DNA of 64,000 bases, taken from Bdellovibrionota bacterium. Its GTDB lineage: Bacteria > Bdellovibrionota_C > UBA2361 > JBIKUX01. The DNA is taken from contig JBIKUX010000001.1 in NCBI GenBank assembly GCA_044347345.1, positions 1 to 64,000 on the forward strand, in the 5' to 3' direction. The translations under genes and the position numbers were made by a program. This document shows, in pieces, positions 50,916 to 60,816 of the stretch. The notes under the pieces were generated by a model. The model was not told where the DNA came from, searched no databases, and saw nothing but the letters and a program-made list of their open reading frames with translations. How positions within the stretch are numbered: position 1 is the first letter of the stretch; every line of letters starts with the position of its first letter.

Positions 50916-51989
50916 TTAAACTAAAACCAATAAAGCGACTATAAGCAGATTTACCATACTTAAAGGTAAAAGAATTTTCCATCCAAGATTCATAAGTTGG
51001 TCATAACGAAATCTTGGTAAAGTCCAACGGATTACTATTTGTAACATACAAAAAAATAAAACTTTCAGCATTAGTACAACGTGACCAATAAGAGCCGTCC
51101 ACCAAGTGCCTAAAGGTAACTCAATAAAAGGAATGTCCCATCCGCCAAAAAATAAAACTACTAACAGAAGAGCAAAAAGAGCTATTTCAGCAAATTCTCC
51201 CAGCCAAAAAAGTAGAAACTTCATACCCGAATATTCAGTAAAATATCCTGCTACAAGCTCCGACTCGCTCTCGGGGAGATCGAATGGACCTCTTTTAGTT
51301 TCCGCCATACCAACAACCAGAAGAATCAGAAACGATAAAGGATTCTGAAATATTCCCCACCAGCCATTTACTTGAGCTGTAACGATTTCGTAAAGGTCTA
51401 GTGAACCATAATTCAAAATAACCGCTACAAAAGTAATCCCCATAGCTAGCTCATAAGATATAATCTGAGCAGCAGCTCGAAGAGACCCGAGCAAAGCAAA
51501 CTTACTATTACTAGTCCATCCGGCAATAATGACCCCGTAAACTGTCACTGAACCCATTGCTAAAATAAACAGCAAACCGGCATCTATCGAAGATACTTGG
51601 GCCCTAATAGTTTTTCCAAATACCGTAAAATCAGGAGCAAGTGGAACTAACGCAAATGCAAGAAATACGGGAAGTACTGAACAAAAAGGACCGAGGCAAT
51701 GAAACCATTGAGACACCCCTTTTGGCAGAAAGTCTTCCTTGGATAAAGCTTTTAGAGCATCACATACCAGAGTATTAATTATACCAAGCCAACCAAAAAT
51801 TCTGAGTAAAGAAAAAACTGGCTTTAAAAAAATGTTATCAGTTGTAAGGTAGGCTCCAGCTCGATTAGCCCCTACCCTATCCTGAATCAACGCTGAGCCT
51901 TTTCGCTCAAACCAAGTACAAAAAGAAGCGAGACCTAGAATAAGTTGCAAAGTGATGCCGACCTTTACCGCAAGGAGTATAAAATCCAT
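50916..51989 (-). CDS. nuoH: NADH-quinone oxidoreductase subunit H
   Basis: ERK..A.IQDRVG.NR, LRAAAQIISYE, PFDLPESESELVAG..TEYSG, PRFRYDQLM. Confidence 0.97.
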   Translation of the reverse strand: MDFILLAVKVGITLQLILGLASFCTWFERKGSALIQDRVGANRAGAYLTTDNIFLKPVFSLLRIFGWLGIINTLVCDALKALSKEDFLPKGVSQWFHCLGPFCSVLPVFLAFALVPLAPDFTVFGKTIRAQVSSIDAGLLFILAMGSVTVYGVIIAGWTSNSKFALLGSLRAAAQIISYELAMGITFVAVILNYGSLDLYEIVTAQVNGWWGIFQNPLSFLILLVVGMAETKRGPFDLPESESELVAGYFTEYSGMKFLLFWLGEFAEIALFALLLVVLFFGGWDIPFIELPLGTWWTALIGHVVLMLKVLFFCMLQIVIRWTLPRFRYDQLMNLGWKILLPLSMVNLLIVALLVLV

Positions 51990-52055
51990 TTCAGTGTTGA
52001 TCCTGCTACATTAAAATTATTATTACGAGAAACTTCTTAAACTTCAGAAGCAAAA

Positions 52056-53897
52056 CTACCCCTGATCTTTACTCTCATTACGTGATAAAAGCACCCCCCC
52101 TGCAGATATAGACCGAATCGTTAATCCTGTTAGTCTCGGATCATTTAAAAGAAGTATATTGGTTGCATCTCGCTCCGAGGAGTATTCATTAAGATGCCCC
52201 CCTAACACCGGACATCCATTTGCACTACCCATAGCACTAATCTGTTGCCAAAAAGGCAACACTCCTTTAGGAGCCTTCAAAATAGCCTTAGTATACTGAA
52301 GGCGATTCATTTTATTTATCAATAGACCAGAGCATTCAAGAATTGAACGTATCGGTACCACAGTTCTCACGGAGCGTTTTAACGGATGATTATTATCTGT
52401 GAACCATCCGACGCTTTGCTCGGTTGCTCTTAAACCATCCTCAAGTCGGGGAATAAGGTGAACGGCATCTCCTAAATCCTCCCGGCATGGTAGCGCTCTA
52501 TCACCAAAAGCTACAACTGAAGCAAAACGGCCATTAATGATCCCATCCAAAACCTCTTGGTACCTGGCTTCCAGCCGACCTTCAACTAGCCCAGCGAATA
52601 TAGCTCCACGATAATTAGCGGCATAATCTGGACTAATTAGGATGCTCTCTACTTTTGACAAATTTCTTTCACGATAAGCCAAGGCAATAATGTATGGACT
52701 AGGTAAGGCATTTAAAAGGTGAGAAAGAGCAAAATAATCTTCTAAAAGTAAATCTGGAGAAATGAGTACAGCTAGCGGGCCACTAGATTCACGTAGAGCA
52801 AGAAAACACTCATCGTAAGCGCGCTTTCGCTCGATGGACTTACCATCTTTCTCACAAACAGTCAGACGTGATTCAGGAATAAACCGATGAAAACCATATC
52901 TACCTTCATCACAGAGCCATTCTTTATTTACTGCGTCATTAGCACGAGCCTTAACTTGCACTACTACTCCGTCACGCTCAGCTACCCGTACGTTACAGCC
53001 GGTTGAGCATCCTGTACAAATTGAATCTTCCTGAGATGTAAACCAAATGCGAGTATTGAAACGCCACTCGCGGTGCGTAAGTGCGCCAACTGGACATAAA
53101 TCCACCACAGTTCCTGAGAGAGGGTTATCTAAATTTCGCCCAGGAGCGACAGCAATTACGCTTTTATCACCCCTGTTTAACATTCCAAGTTCAGAAGTTT
53201 GTGTAATTTCATCGCAGAAACGTACACACCTAGTACACATTATGCACCGCTCACCATCAAGAACAACTGTTGGCCCTAACGGTTGTGCTTTAACTTTGTG
53301 CTCCTTCTCTTCAAGAAATCTACTGGGCTCACCATTAAACTCATAATGATAGTCTTGCAACTTACAATGTCCGGATTGGTCACAGACAGTACAATCAAGA
53401 GGATGATTAATAAGGATAAACTCTAAAGTGGCCTTTTGAGCGTTTTCTACCAATTTACTAGTATGGTGAGTTAATACCTCCATACCCTCACGAACTTCAG
53501 TATTACACCCGATCGTAAGTTTGGGGGTTCCTTTGATTTCAACCTGGCACATTCGACAGTTTCCAGCCACTGAGAGATGTGGATGGTAGCAATAATGCGG
53601 TATAGCTACACCGATACTTGCGGCAGCAGCAATTAAATTAGTACCTTTCGGTACAGTAACACTGTTACCATCTATCGTAAGCGTTACAAACCCAACAGAC
53701 GCAATAGCTTCAGCGGATGACGGCGACGAAGATGACGGCGACGAAACTGTCTCCGCTAAGGTAATTTGATTGTTATTAGCAGTCGAATTGCTGTTGGCAG
53801 TACGCCTAGCTGAATCAACCGAACTATCCCCTTTCGAACAATTAGGCTCTATTTCTCTGATAGGCATCTCTGGTGAACTGGCCTCTGTTACTGTCAT
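52056..53897 (-). CDS. nuoG: NADH-quinone oxidoreductase subunit G (Ser-rich N-terminal extension)
   Basis: CYHP.L..AGNCRMC, HPLDC.VCDQSG.C.LQD, CIMCTRCVRFC, CTGCSTGC, WLCDEGR. Confidence 0.94.
   Translation of the reverse strand: MTVTEASSPEMPIREIEPNCSKGDSSVDSARRTANSNSTANNNQITLAETVSSPSSSSPSSAEAIASVGFVTLTIDGNSVTVPKGTNLIAAAASIGVAIPHYCYHPHLSVAGNCRMCQVEIKGTPKLTIGCNTEVREGMEVLTHHTSKLVENAQKATLEFILINHPLDCTVCDQSGHCKLQDYHYEFNGEPSRFLEEKEHKVKAQPLGPTVVLDGERCIMCTRCVRFCDEITQTSELGMLNRGDKSVIAVAPGRNLDNPLSGTVVDLCPVGALTHREWRFNTRIWFTSQEDSICTGCSTGCNVRVAERDGVVVQVKARANDAVNKEWLCDEGRYGFHRFIPESRLTVCEKDGKSIERKRAYDECFLALRESSGPLAVLISPDLLLEDYFALSHLLNALPSPYIIALAYRERNLSKVESILISPDYAANYRGAIFAGLVEGRLEARYQEVLDGIINGRFASVVAFGDRALPCREDLGDAVHLIPRLEDGLRATEQSVGWFTDNNHPLKRSVRTVVPIRSILECSGLLINKMNRLQYTKAILKAPKGVLPFWQQISAMGSANGCPVLGGHLNEYSSERDATNILLLNDPRLTGLTIRSISAGGVLLSRNESKDQG
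53716..53745. repeat. 15-bp tandem duplication GATGACGGCGACGAA x2 in the nuoG 5' extension
   Basis: Read directly; encodes SSPSS twice. Confidence 0.85.
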
Positions 53898-54002
53898 GAG
53901 AATATCGTTACCGTATATCTGTTAATATAAAAAGTTTTAAAGATTTTCGTAATTTTCATTCTACGCTATTACCTGTACCCAAATTTACATCTTTGCCCTA
54001 AT

Positions 54003-55379
54003 TTACATCTCTGCACTAGTCGTTGTTGCATTACTGCCCATTGCAGCTACACCCGAATCTTTCGACCCTACTCTTTGGTTTATCTTCACTGAAGCTGTAT
54101 TAGCCTTAGATAAACTAGCTTGGCGTATCTTTGACTCAAATTCTTTAGGAAATTTTTGCATGATGCTTAATGCTGGAGTAGCAAGTGCATCACCAAAGGT
54201 ACATATCGTATGCCCTGATATTTGATCACATACATTCTTGATAAGATCTGTATCACCCGGCAAGCCCCGACCAGTAGCAATTCTAGTAAAAATTTTTTCA
54301 ATCCAGTGCCCTCCTTCTCTACACGGAGTGCACTGCCCACAAGATTCATGAGCATAAAAATGGGCTAGATTTCGCGCGACCTCTACCATATCAGTGGTCT
54401 CATCCATAACGATAAAACCCCCTGAGCCTAAAATTGATCCAGCGTTACGCAATGACTCATAGTCCAAACATACTCCTTCAAGCTCATCAGCCCGCAAAAT
54501 TGGCACGGAAGAGCCGCCTGGAATAACGGCTTTGAGAGATTTTCCACCCAACACGCCGCCGCATTCATTTTCTAAAAATGACAAAAGAGGATATCCTAGC
54601 GGAACTTCATATACTCCTGGCCGATTTATATGACCTGATGCACTAAAAAGTTTGGTGCCTTTTGATTTCTCTGTACCAACTTTAGCATACGCCTCTGCAC
54701 CGTGTTTAATAATCCAGGGAAGATTAGCCAGAGTTTCTACATTGTTTACAACAGTCGGACAACCATATAGCCCCGTTACAGCCGGAAAAGGCGGCTTTAG
54801 TCTGGGCTGACCCTTTTTACCTTCTAGAGATTCAATCAATCCCGTCTCTTCACCACAGATATATGCCCCGGCTCCTCGGTGCACTACGATGTTATGAGAA
54901 AATGAAGACCCAAAAACATTATTTCCTAGAATACCAGCAGCATAAGCCTCTTCCACTGCTCTCTTTATTCTAGTGTAGGCAAAACTATATTCACCACGAA
55001 TATAAATGCAGCTCCAATTACTTTGCAGAGCCCACGCAGCAATCACCATTCCTTCTATAATCAAATGAGGATCAAACTCAAGAAGCACCCTATCCTTAAA
55101 AGTACCAGGTTCGCTTTCATCTGCATTGTTAATTAAGTAAACCGGTTTACCGGTATCTCGAGGAACAAAACTCCACTTAACGCCAGTAGGAAACCCTGCT
55201 CCTCCTCTTCCCCTTAATCCAGATTGCTTAACCTCTTCAATGATGGATAGAGGATCAACTGATAAGGCTTTGCGAGCCGCTTCATAGCCACCGGTTTGCT
55301 CATATACCGATAAACAATACTGCTCGGTGTTATGAATGTTTGCTAAGAGTCTCTGAGGATTAGGTACCACTAAACTCAT
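54003..55379 (-). CDS. nuoF: NADH-quinone oxidoreductase subunit F
   Basis: GLRGRGGAGFPTG, NADESEPGTFKDR, GAGAYICGEET, ESCGQCTPCREG. Confidence 0.97.
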   Translation of the reverse strand: MSLVVPNPQRLLANIHNTEQYCLSVYEQTGGYEAARKALSVDPLSIIEEVKQSGLRGRGGAGFPTGVKWSFVPRDTGKPVYLINNADESEPGTFKDRVLLEFDPHLIIEGMVIAAWALQSNWSCIYIRGEYSFAYTRIKRAVEEAYAAGILGNNVFGSSFSHNIVVHRGAGAYICGEETGLIESLEGKKGQPRLKPPFPAVTGLYGCPTVVNNVETLANLPWIIKHGAEAYAKVGTEKSKGTKLFSASGHINRPGVYEVPLGYPLLSFLENECGGVLGGKSLKAVIPGGSSVPILRADELEGVCLDYESLRNAGSILGSGGFIVMDETTDMVEVARNLAHFYAHESCGQCTPCREGGHWIEKIFTRIATGRGLPGDTDLIKNVCDQISGHTICTFGDALATPALSIMQKFPKEFESKIRQASLSKANTASVKINQRVGSKDSGVAAMGSNATTTSAEM

Positions 55380-55426
55380 AAGGTTATAAATTAACTTTTA
55401 ATCATTTTTTTGCGGTAGTACCGCAG

Positions 55427-55492
55427 TTTTTATCTCCACTGGATTTTTATCTCCACTGGATTTTTATCTCCACTGGATTTTTATCTCCACTG
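55427..55492. repeat. 17-bp tandem repeat, about 4 copies (TTTTTATCTCCACTGGA), in the nuoE-nuoF spacer
   Basis: Read directly; contiguous copies with no spacers. Confidence 0.95.
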
Positions 55493-55503
55493 ACACCACT
55501 CCT

Positions 55504-56277
55504 TTACGAAGATTTACTGATAACTTCAGAGAATCCATAATGCGATAATCCAGCGCCCAACTCATCTTTAAGTGTCGAAAACCTCAAATCAGGATGATTG
55601 GACTCTATTAAATTCATTAGCTCATCTAATTTCTCAGGTGAAAGATTCTCAAAATACCTATCATTTATCTCACACATCGGTGCTGTACCGCACGAACCAA
55701 GGCACTCTACTTCCTCATAACTCCACAAACCATCAGATGTAACTTCTCTAGGAGCGACCTTACATCGATTTTGAAGATATTTAGTCAGAGCTTTTGCTCC
55801 TCGCAATGAACACGACAGGGTTCTACACACCTGAACATGATACTTACCCACAGGTTTTTTATAGAACATCGTGTAAAATGTTGCCACCTCCATAACTTGC
55901 ACAGGTGGCATCCCTAAACGCTCTGAAACCCAATTAATTGCAGCCGATGAAATAAAGCCGAAATGCTCCTGTGCCAGATATAAGGCAGGCATTACCGCTG
56001 AACGAGTATTAGGATAGCTAGTTAGTAATGCAGTAAGTCGTTGCTCAATATCCGGTGAAAGTTCTAGAATAGATTGATTTTTCACCTTACCACCTTTTGT
56101 ACTAGACGTCCCAACATCTAATTCACCCACATCCGACTCTCTAGCGCTTATCTTCTCACCATACTCTTCTACAGAGTATCTACTTGGACTTTCACTTGTA
56201 GTAAAAGATACAAGTGGTTTATCACTTTCTTCCAAATTAGCAGTTTGTGAGGTATTATCGGTCACACTCCCCCCCAA
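55504..56277 (-). CDS. nuoE: NADH-quinone oxidoreductase subunit E (N-terminal extension)
   Basis: SAVMPAL..AQ, EVATFYTMF, VCRTLSC, ECLGSCGTAP. Confidence 0.95.
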   Translation of the reverse strand: MGGSVTDNTSQTANLEESDKPLVSFTTSESPSRYSVEEYGEKISARESDVGELDVGTSSTKGGKVKNQSILELSPDIEQRLTALLTSYPNTRSAVMPALYLAQEHFGFISSAAINWVSERLGMPPVQVMEVATFYTMFYKKPVGKYHVQVCRTLSCSLRGAKALTKYLQNRCKVAPREVTSDGLWSYEEVECLGSCGTAPMCEINDRYFENLSPEKLDELMNLIESNHPDLRFSTLKDELGAGLSHYGFSEVISKSS

Positions 56278-57502
56278 TCATGTTGATCATCCCAAAAGTC
56301 GGTATTACATCAGCCACTGTATGACCTACGATCATAGTTTTCATTATCCCCATGTGAATAAAGGAAGGAGCTCTTACATGCACCCGATAAGGCCGACCAG
56401 TTCCATCAGAAACAACATAGAACCCTAATTCACCATTTGCACCTTCAACTCCACAATATACGTCCCCTTTAGGAGGCTCAATACCACAGATAACCATCTT
56501 AAAATGGTTAATCATACCGTCAATAGAACCATATGCTTCATCTTTAGGGACGAGAGTGATACGCGGATCCTCTACTGAAAGGGCTCCTTCAGGAAGATTA
56601 GCTATTGCTTGCTCGCATATACGCATTGATTGATTTATCTCCTCAAAGCGCACAATAAACCTATCGTAATTGTCTCCCTTGGAACCTACAGGAACGTCAA
56701 AATCAAATTCCTCATAAGACGAATAAGGAAAATCTTTTCTTAAATCATACTTGACACCAGTAGAGCGCAAAACAGGTCCAGTTAAACTGTAGGCTAATGC
56801 ATCTTTAGCCGATACAACAGCAATATCGCTCATTCGATCAATAAATATTCTGTTTCTAGTAAGCAGGCGGTCACAATTTTTTAAATGAGTGCGAACCTCC
56901 TTAAATGCAGCTAACATTCCTTCTTCAAATCCAGCTGGAAGATCACCCTTTAGACCTCCAATGCGACCGTAAGAAACGGTTAAACGCGCACCGGTGACTG
57001 ATTCAATAAGATCCCATAATTCTTCCCGAGCCTCCATCATGTACAACATGACAGTAAATGCACCAAGCTCCATGGCAGAAGCACCAAGACATGTTAAGTG
57101 GTCACATATCCGCGACAGCTCAGACATCAATACCCTGAGATACTGACACCTCTTTGGCACCGTAATGCCCAATAACTTTTCAATTGTTAAACACCACCCC
57201 ACATTATTAATAATTGGAGAAACATAATTTAGCCGATCGGCGTAGGGCATCACCTGATTGTAATCGACTGTTTCAGTCATTTTCTCAAAACCTCTATGAA
57301 GATACCCAACCTCCACATCAGCGTCGATAATCTGCTCACCAGAAAGCTCAACTACTATCCGCACAGTTCCATGAGTTGCGGGATGAGTAGGACCCATACT
57401 GAGAATCATAGTCTCTGTATGAAGGTCATCGTTAAGTTTTTTGGGTCGACGATGAGTAACTACTCCGCCATAACCGTAGTCAACATTTAAAAGTTCGCTC
57501 AT
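56255..57502 (-). CDS. nuoD: NADH-quinone oxidoreductase subunit D
   Basis: MGPTHPATHG, GYLHRG.EK, DRLNY, EGANGELG, GECDR. Confidence 0.97.
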   Translation of the reverse strand: MSELLNVDYGYGGVVTHRRPKKLNDDLHTETMILSMGPTHPATHGTVRIVVELSGEQIIDADVEVGYLHRGFEKMTETVDYNQVMPYADRLNYVSPIINNVGWCLTIEKLLGITVPKRCQYLRVLMSELSRICDHLTCLGASAMELGAFTVMLYMMEAREELWDLIESVTGARLTVSYGRIGGLKGDLPAGFEEGMLAAFKEVRTHLKNCDRLLTRNRIFIDRMSDIAVVSAKDALAYSLTGPVLRSTGVKYDLRKDFPYSSYEEFDFDVPVGSKGDNYDRFIVRFEEINQSMRICEQAIANLPEGALSVEDPRITLVPKDEAYGSIDGMINHFKMVICGIEPPKGDVYCGVEGANGELGFYVVSDGTGRPYRVHVRAPSFIHMGIMKTMIVGHTVADVIPTFGMINMIGGECDR

Positions 57503-57504
57503 TG

Positions 57505-58086
57505 TTAACCCTTCCTTGGAGAAATTTGCACCAAGTCTCCCCCTAAACTTGGCCTATGCATATAGCGAGCTGTATTTTCAACTTCTGGATACCTTAACTG
57601 CACTCTCGGCTGCTTTAACTGAACAGGATAATCCTTACGAAGGGGGTGCCCCTTGAATTCATCATACATGAGAATACGAGTAAGATTAGGGTGACCTTCA
57701 AACACTACTCCATACATATCCCAACATTCTCGCTCCATGAAATTAGCCCCAGGCCAGAGAGACACGATTGAAGAAATTGTGGGATTATTTTCGGAAACAC
57801 TCACTTTCACGCGAATAAGCGCAGCTTGCCTACTCGCCGCAAGATGCAAACTCCTCAGGTGGTATACTACTTCAAAACGCTCAGCTGCGGCATCAAGATA
57901 ATCAACAGCTGTTACACTGAGCAAAAGAGTAAACCTTAAAGCTGGGTCGTCTCGCAAAAAAGCAAGCACCTGTTTCAACCCCTCACTGGCTACCCGCACT
58001 TCAAGGTCACCTAAGCTAAGTGATACAATTTGAACATGCTCATGTTGCTTCTGTGAAATATATTCAATAACTTCTTGCGTTAGCAT
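57505..58086 (-). CDS. nuoC: NADH-quinone oxidoreductase subunit C
   Basis: VTAVDY, RFEVVYHL, ERE.WDMYG..FEGHP, GHPLRKDYP. Confidence 0.96.
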   Translation of the reverse strand: MLTQEVIEYISQKQHEHVQIVSLSLGDLEVRVASEGLKQVLAFLRDDPALRFTLLLSVTAVDYLDAAAERFEVVYHLRSLHLAASRQAALIRVKVSVSENNPTISSIVSLWPGANFMERECWDMYGVVFEGHPNLTRILMYDEFKGHPLRKDYPVQLKQPRVQLRYPEVENTARYMHRPSLGGDLVQISPRKG

Positions 58087-58242
58087 TTAGCCCTGGCTCC
58101 GCCGATTTTGACTTTTATGAAAATAAAATTTATCCGTGCTGGCTTATCGTACCTAATCCAGTTAAGAAACAACAACACGCAAGATGCTACAATAGACTTG
58201 AGAATAACTCACTAACCGCCTACGATCTAGTCTTTTTCCATT

Positions 58243-60417
58243 TTGATAATGATACCAAACAATCTCTCTGACCAAGCTATCCAAAACACCCAAGAACCTG
58301 AAATTACCTATGATTCAGATATACCAGAAGATGCTAAAAATTTGATTAAACAAGAAGAGCACACGCTAAAACAAACTCTCCAAACTCTTCTTTCGTTACT
58401 TGACCGACATCTTCACCGACGCAACCTAGAAGAATCTAGAGCGCGAGAGCTTACAGCCTCACTAGTAACTGCGAGGCGAGACGAAGATAAACAGCTAATC
58501 GCATCCGATGAAGCTGTCTCACATGCTCTTAAAGAGAAAGCTCGGGATGATATTAAAACTACCAACGCTCTACTCAACAGACCATATTTTGCTCGAGTTA
58601 TATTGGAAGAAGAGGAGGAAAACGGTACTACAAAGACTATTGAATTTAAACTAGGTATCCATTCAAATACCGATGCTCGTATTATTGATTGGCGCCGTGG
58701 TCCACTCGCACGTTTGTATTATAATTACCGTGAAGGCGAGGAATACGGCGAATTTATTCAAGGCCGAGAGAGAACTGGAAAAATAAAATTAAGAAATCAA
58801 CTTGATATACAAAACGGCGATTTAAAGGGGATTATTTGTCGCTATGGCCGATTAACAAAAACCGGCCATAGCTGGAAACAAGCGATCACTCAGAGAATAT
58901 CAAGGCGATACGATCAATTACCTGATATTCTATCTTTAATTTCACCAGAGCAATTTGATTCAATTACAACTGAAGCTAATACAGCAGTGCTTGTTCAAGG
59001 AATTGCTGGTTCAGGTAAAACGAGTGTAGCACTTCATCGCCTTTCATGGCTTCTTCATGAGGGAAACTCACCACTTCAACCAGCTGATTGCGCAATAGTG
59101 GTGGTAAGTAGAGCGTTAAAGGAATACATTAAAAATTCCCTTCATCACCTTCAAATCTCTGGTGTTCACACTTTTACTCTCATTGAGTGGTGTAATGAGT
59201 GCCTACCGTGTCGACCACTGAGAAGTGACTCTCCATTGGTTTACGCGAGAGACAAGCTTCCAAGAACTTTAGCTAGATTAAAAGCTTCAGACGCTTTACT
59301 CGCCTCAATAGAATTAATTTTTAAGACCAAAAATCAATCTATACTAACTAATGGATTTAGTAGCGACTCGTTAGATGCGTTTGAACAATACATAAATATC
59401 TGCAAGTTAGTTCTTGAATGTCCAGGCGAACTTACTGCCAATGACTCTACTAAACTGATAGATGAAGAAAGCATAAATCATCTTAAAGAATATCTCTCTC
59501 ATCAGCTTACTCAGGGAGATATCGACAGATATGACTTAGCTCTCATGGTTAGAATACAACAGCTCACCGCTGGTAGCATTCGAATTCCTCCGCAAGATAG
59601 TGCCCTAGGCTCCTCTTCCGCTCATGTTTCAGAAAACAAGTCTCGATTCGGTAAATATGGTCACTTAATTGCAGATGAAGTGCAAGATTTGAGTGCAGTT
59701 GAACTTGCAGCACTCGCCGGAGCTGTACCATCAGTAAGAGATTTAACTCTTGTAGGAGATACAGCCCAAGCTATCACCACTTCTCATTCATTTCCTGGAT
59801 GGACAAATCTTATGTCCCGATGGAATTTAACCGATGAAAGTTCTAGATTTATACTTCTAACAATCTCACATCGCTCAACAGCGCCAATCATGAGATTAGC
59901 TCAGTATGTTTCAACTGGTTCCATACATCTAGCGCAACAAATCAAAGGTAGAGAAGGACGTGTTCCTATTTTTTTCCAATCTCGTGAGGAATCTCGGGCT
60001 ATACACGCAGCTATTGCGTGGCTTAAAAAAGCCCTGGAGCGTTATCCCACCGCTATTACCGCTGTTTTATGTCGTAACATCAGCGAAGCCAAACAAACCT
60101 TCTCTCTTTTAAGACCAACGTTTGGCGATACAGTCAGATTAGGTAACGATGATGACTGTTCTCTGGAGGAGGGTCTTTTAGTCGCACCAGTTGGAGATGT
60201 AAAAGGCCTTGAGTTTACCAATGTCCTTGTATGGAATCCAACTCAGTCCAGTTACTCTACAACAGATGAAGAGAGAAATCTGTTGTACGTTGCGCTCACT
60301 CGTGCAGAAGAAAATCTTGCATTAGTTTCGTGGCGTCGCCCCGCAAAACATCTTCCCCAGTTGGATAGCCCTTTTGTGCGTGGCATCAGTCTTGATGCAG
60401 ATGAGGAGGAAGTATAA
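58243..60417 (+). CDS. HelD-like superfamily 1 (UvrD-related) ATPase/helicase
   Basis: RPYFARV, IIDWRRGP..LYY, QGIAGSGKTSVALHR, DEVQD, GDTAQAI, SHRST, KGLEF, LYVALTRA. Confidence 0.85.
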   Translation: MIMIPNNLSDQAIQNTQEPEITYDSDIPEDAKNLIKQEEHTLKQTLQTLLSLLDRHLHRRNLEESRARELTASLVTARRDEDKQLIASDEAVSHALKEKARDDIKTTNALLNRPYFARVILEEEEENGTTKTIEFKLGIHSNTDARIIDWRRGPLARLYYNYREGEEYGEFIQGRERTGKIKLRNQLDIQNGDLKGIICRYGRLTKTGHSWKQAITQRISRRYDQLPDILSLISPEQFDSITTEANTAVLVQGIAGSGKTSVALHRLSWLLHEGNSPLQPADCAIVVVSRALKEYIKNSLHHLQISGVHTFTLIEWCNECLPCRPLRSDSPLVYARDKLPRTLARLKASDALLASIELIFKTKNQSILTNGFSSDSLDAFEQYINICKLVLECPGELTANDSTKLIDEESINHLKEYLSHQLTQGDIDRYDLALMVRIQQLTAGSIRIPPQDSALGSSSAHVSENKSRFGKYGHLIADEVQDLSAVELAALAGAVPSVRDLTLVGDTAQAITTSHSFPGWTNLMSRWNLTDESSRFILLTISHRSTAPIMRLAQYVSTGSIHLAQQIKGREGRVPIFFQSREESRAIHAAIAWLKKALERYPTAITAVLCRNISEAKQTFSLLRPTFGDTVRLGNDDDCSLEEGLLVAPVGDVKGLEFTNVLVWNPTQSSYSTTDEERNLLYVALTRAEENLALVSWRRPAKHLPQLDSPFVRGISLDADEEEV

Positions 60418-60469
60418 GTCTTGGTAGAATTTTAAAAGTTTCAAACGTCAACTGAGTAAACGGCTTTTT

Positions 60470-60790
60470 ATGTTTAAACATAAACGCAAACCAAAAAATC
60501 TTGATATTGATGTCTCTGTATTAAGTACACTTTTAAGTGTTCCAGAGCTTAATCAAAACTGTGATCAAGCTAATAGCCTCCAGTATAACAATCATGAGTC
60601 TCACAATCACAGCGAAACAGCTAAACGGCAAAGTGTTAAATTTTTATCAGTAGAAGAACTAAAGATTAAATTTCCAAAACTCAATCTTCCTAAAGATACC
60701 GAAGGTGGTTGGATTACAGAAAGTGGTGATAGAATTTTTTTGGTAGTTGGAGGTATACACCACCTTACTACTCCGGTCTTAACCAATTAA
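60470..60790 (+). CDS. Hypothetical protein
   Basis: 106-aa ORF, co-directional, filling the gap before the phytochrome gene. Confidence 0.5.
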   Translation: MFKHKRKPKNLDIDVSVLSTLLSVPELNQNCDQANSLQYNNHESHNHSETAKRQSVKFLSVEELKIKFPKLNLPKDTEGGWITESGDRIFLVVGGIHHLTTPVLTN

Positions 60791-60816
60791 TAGCCAATTA
60801 AAATTAAGTTCCCTCG

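Noticed and set aside
55427-55492. Possible CRISPR array
   Set aside because: Units are 17 bp and contiguous, with no unique spacers and no cas genes; this is a simple tandem repeat. The same applies to 44688-44761.
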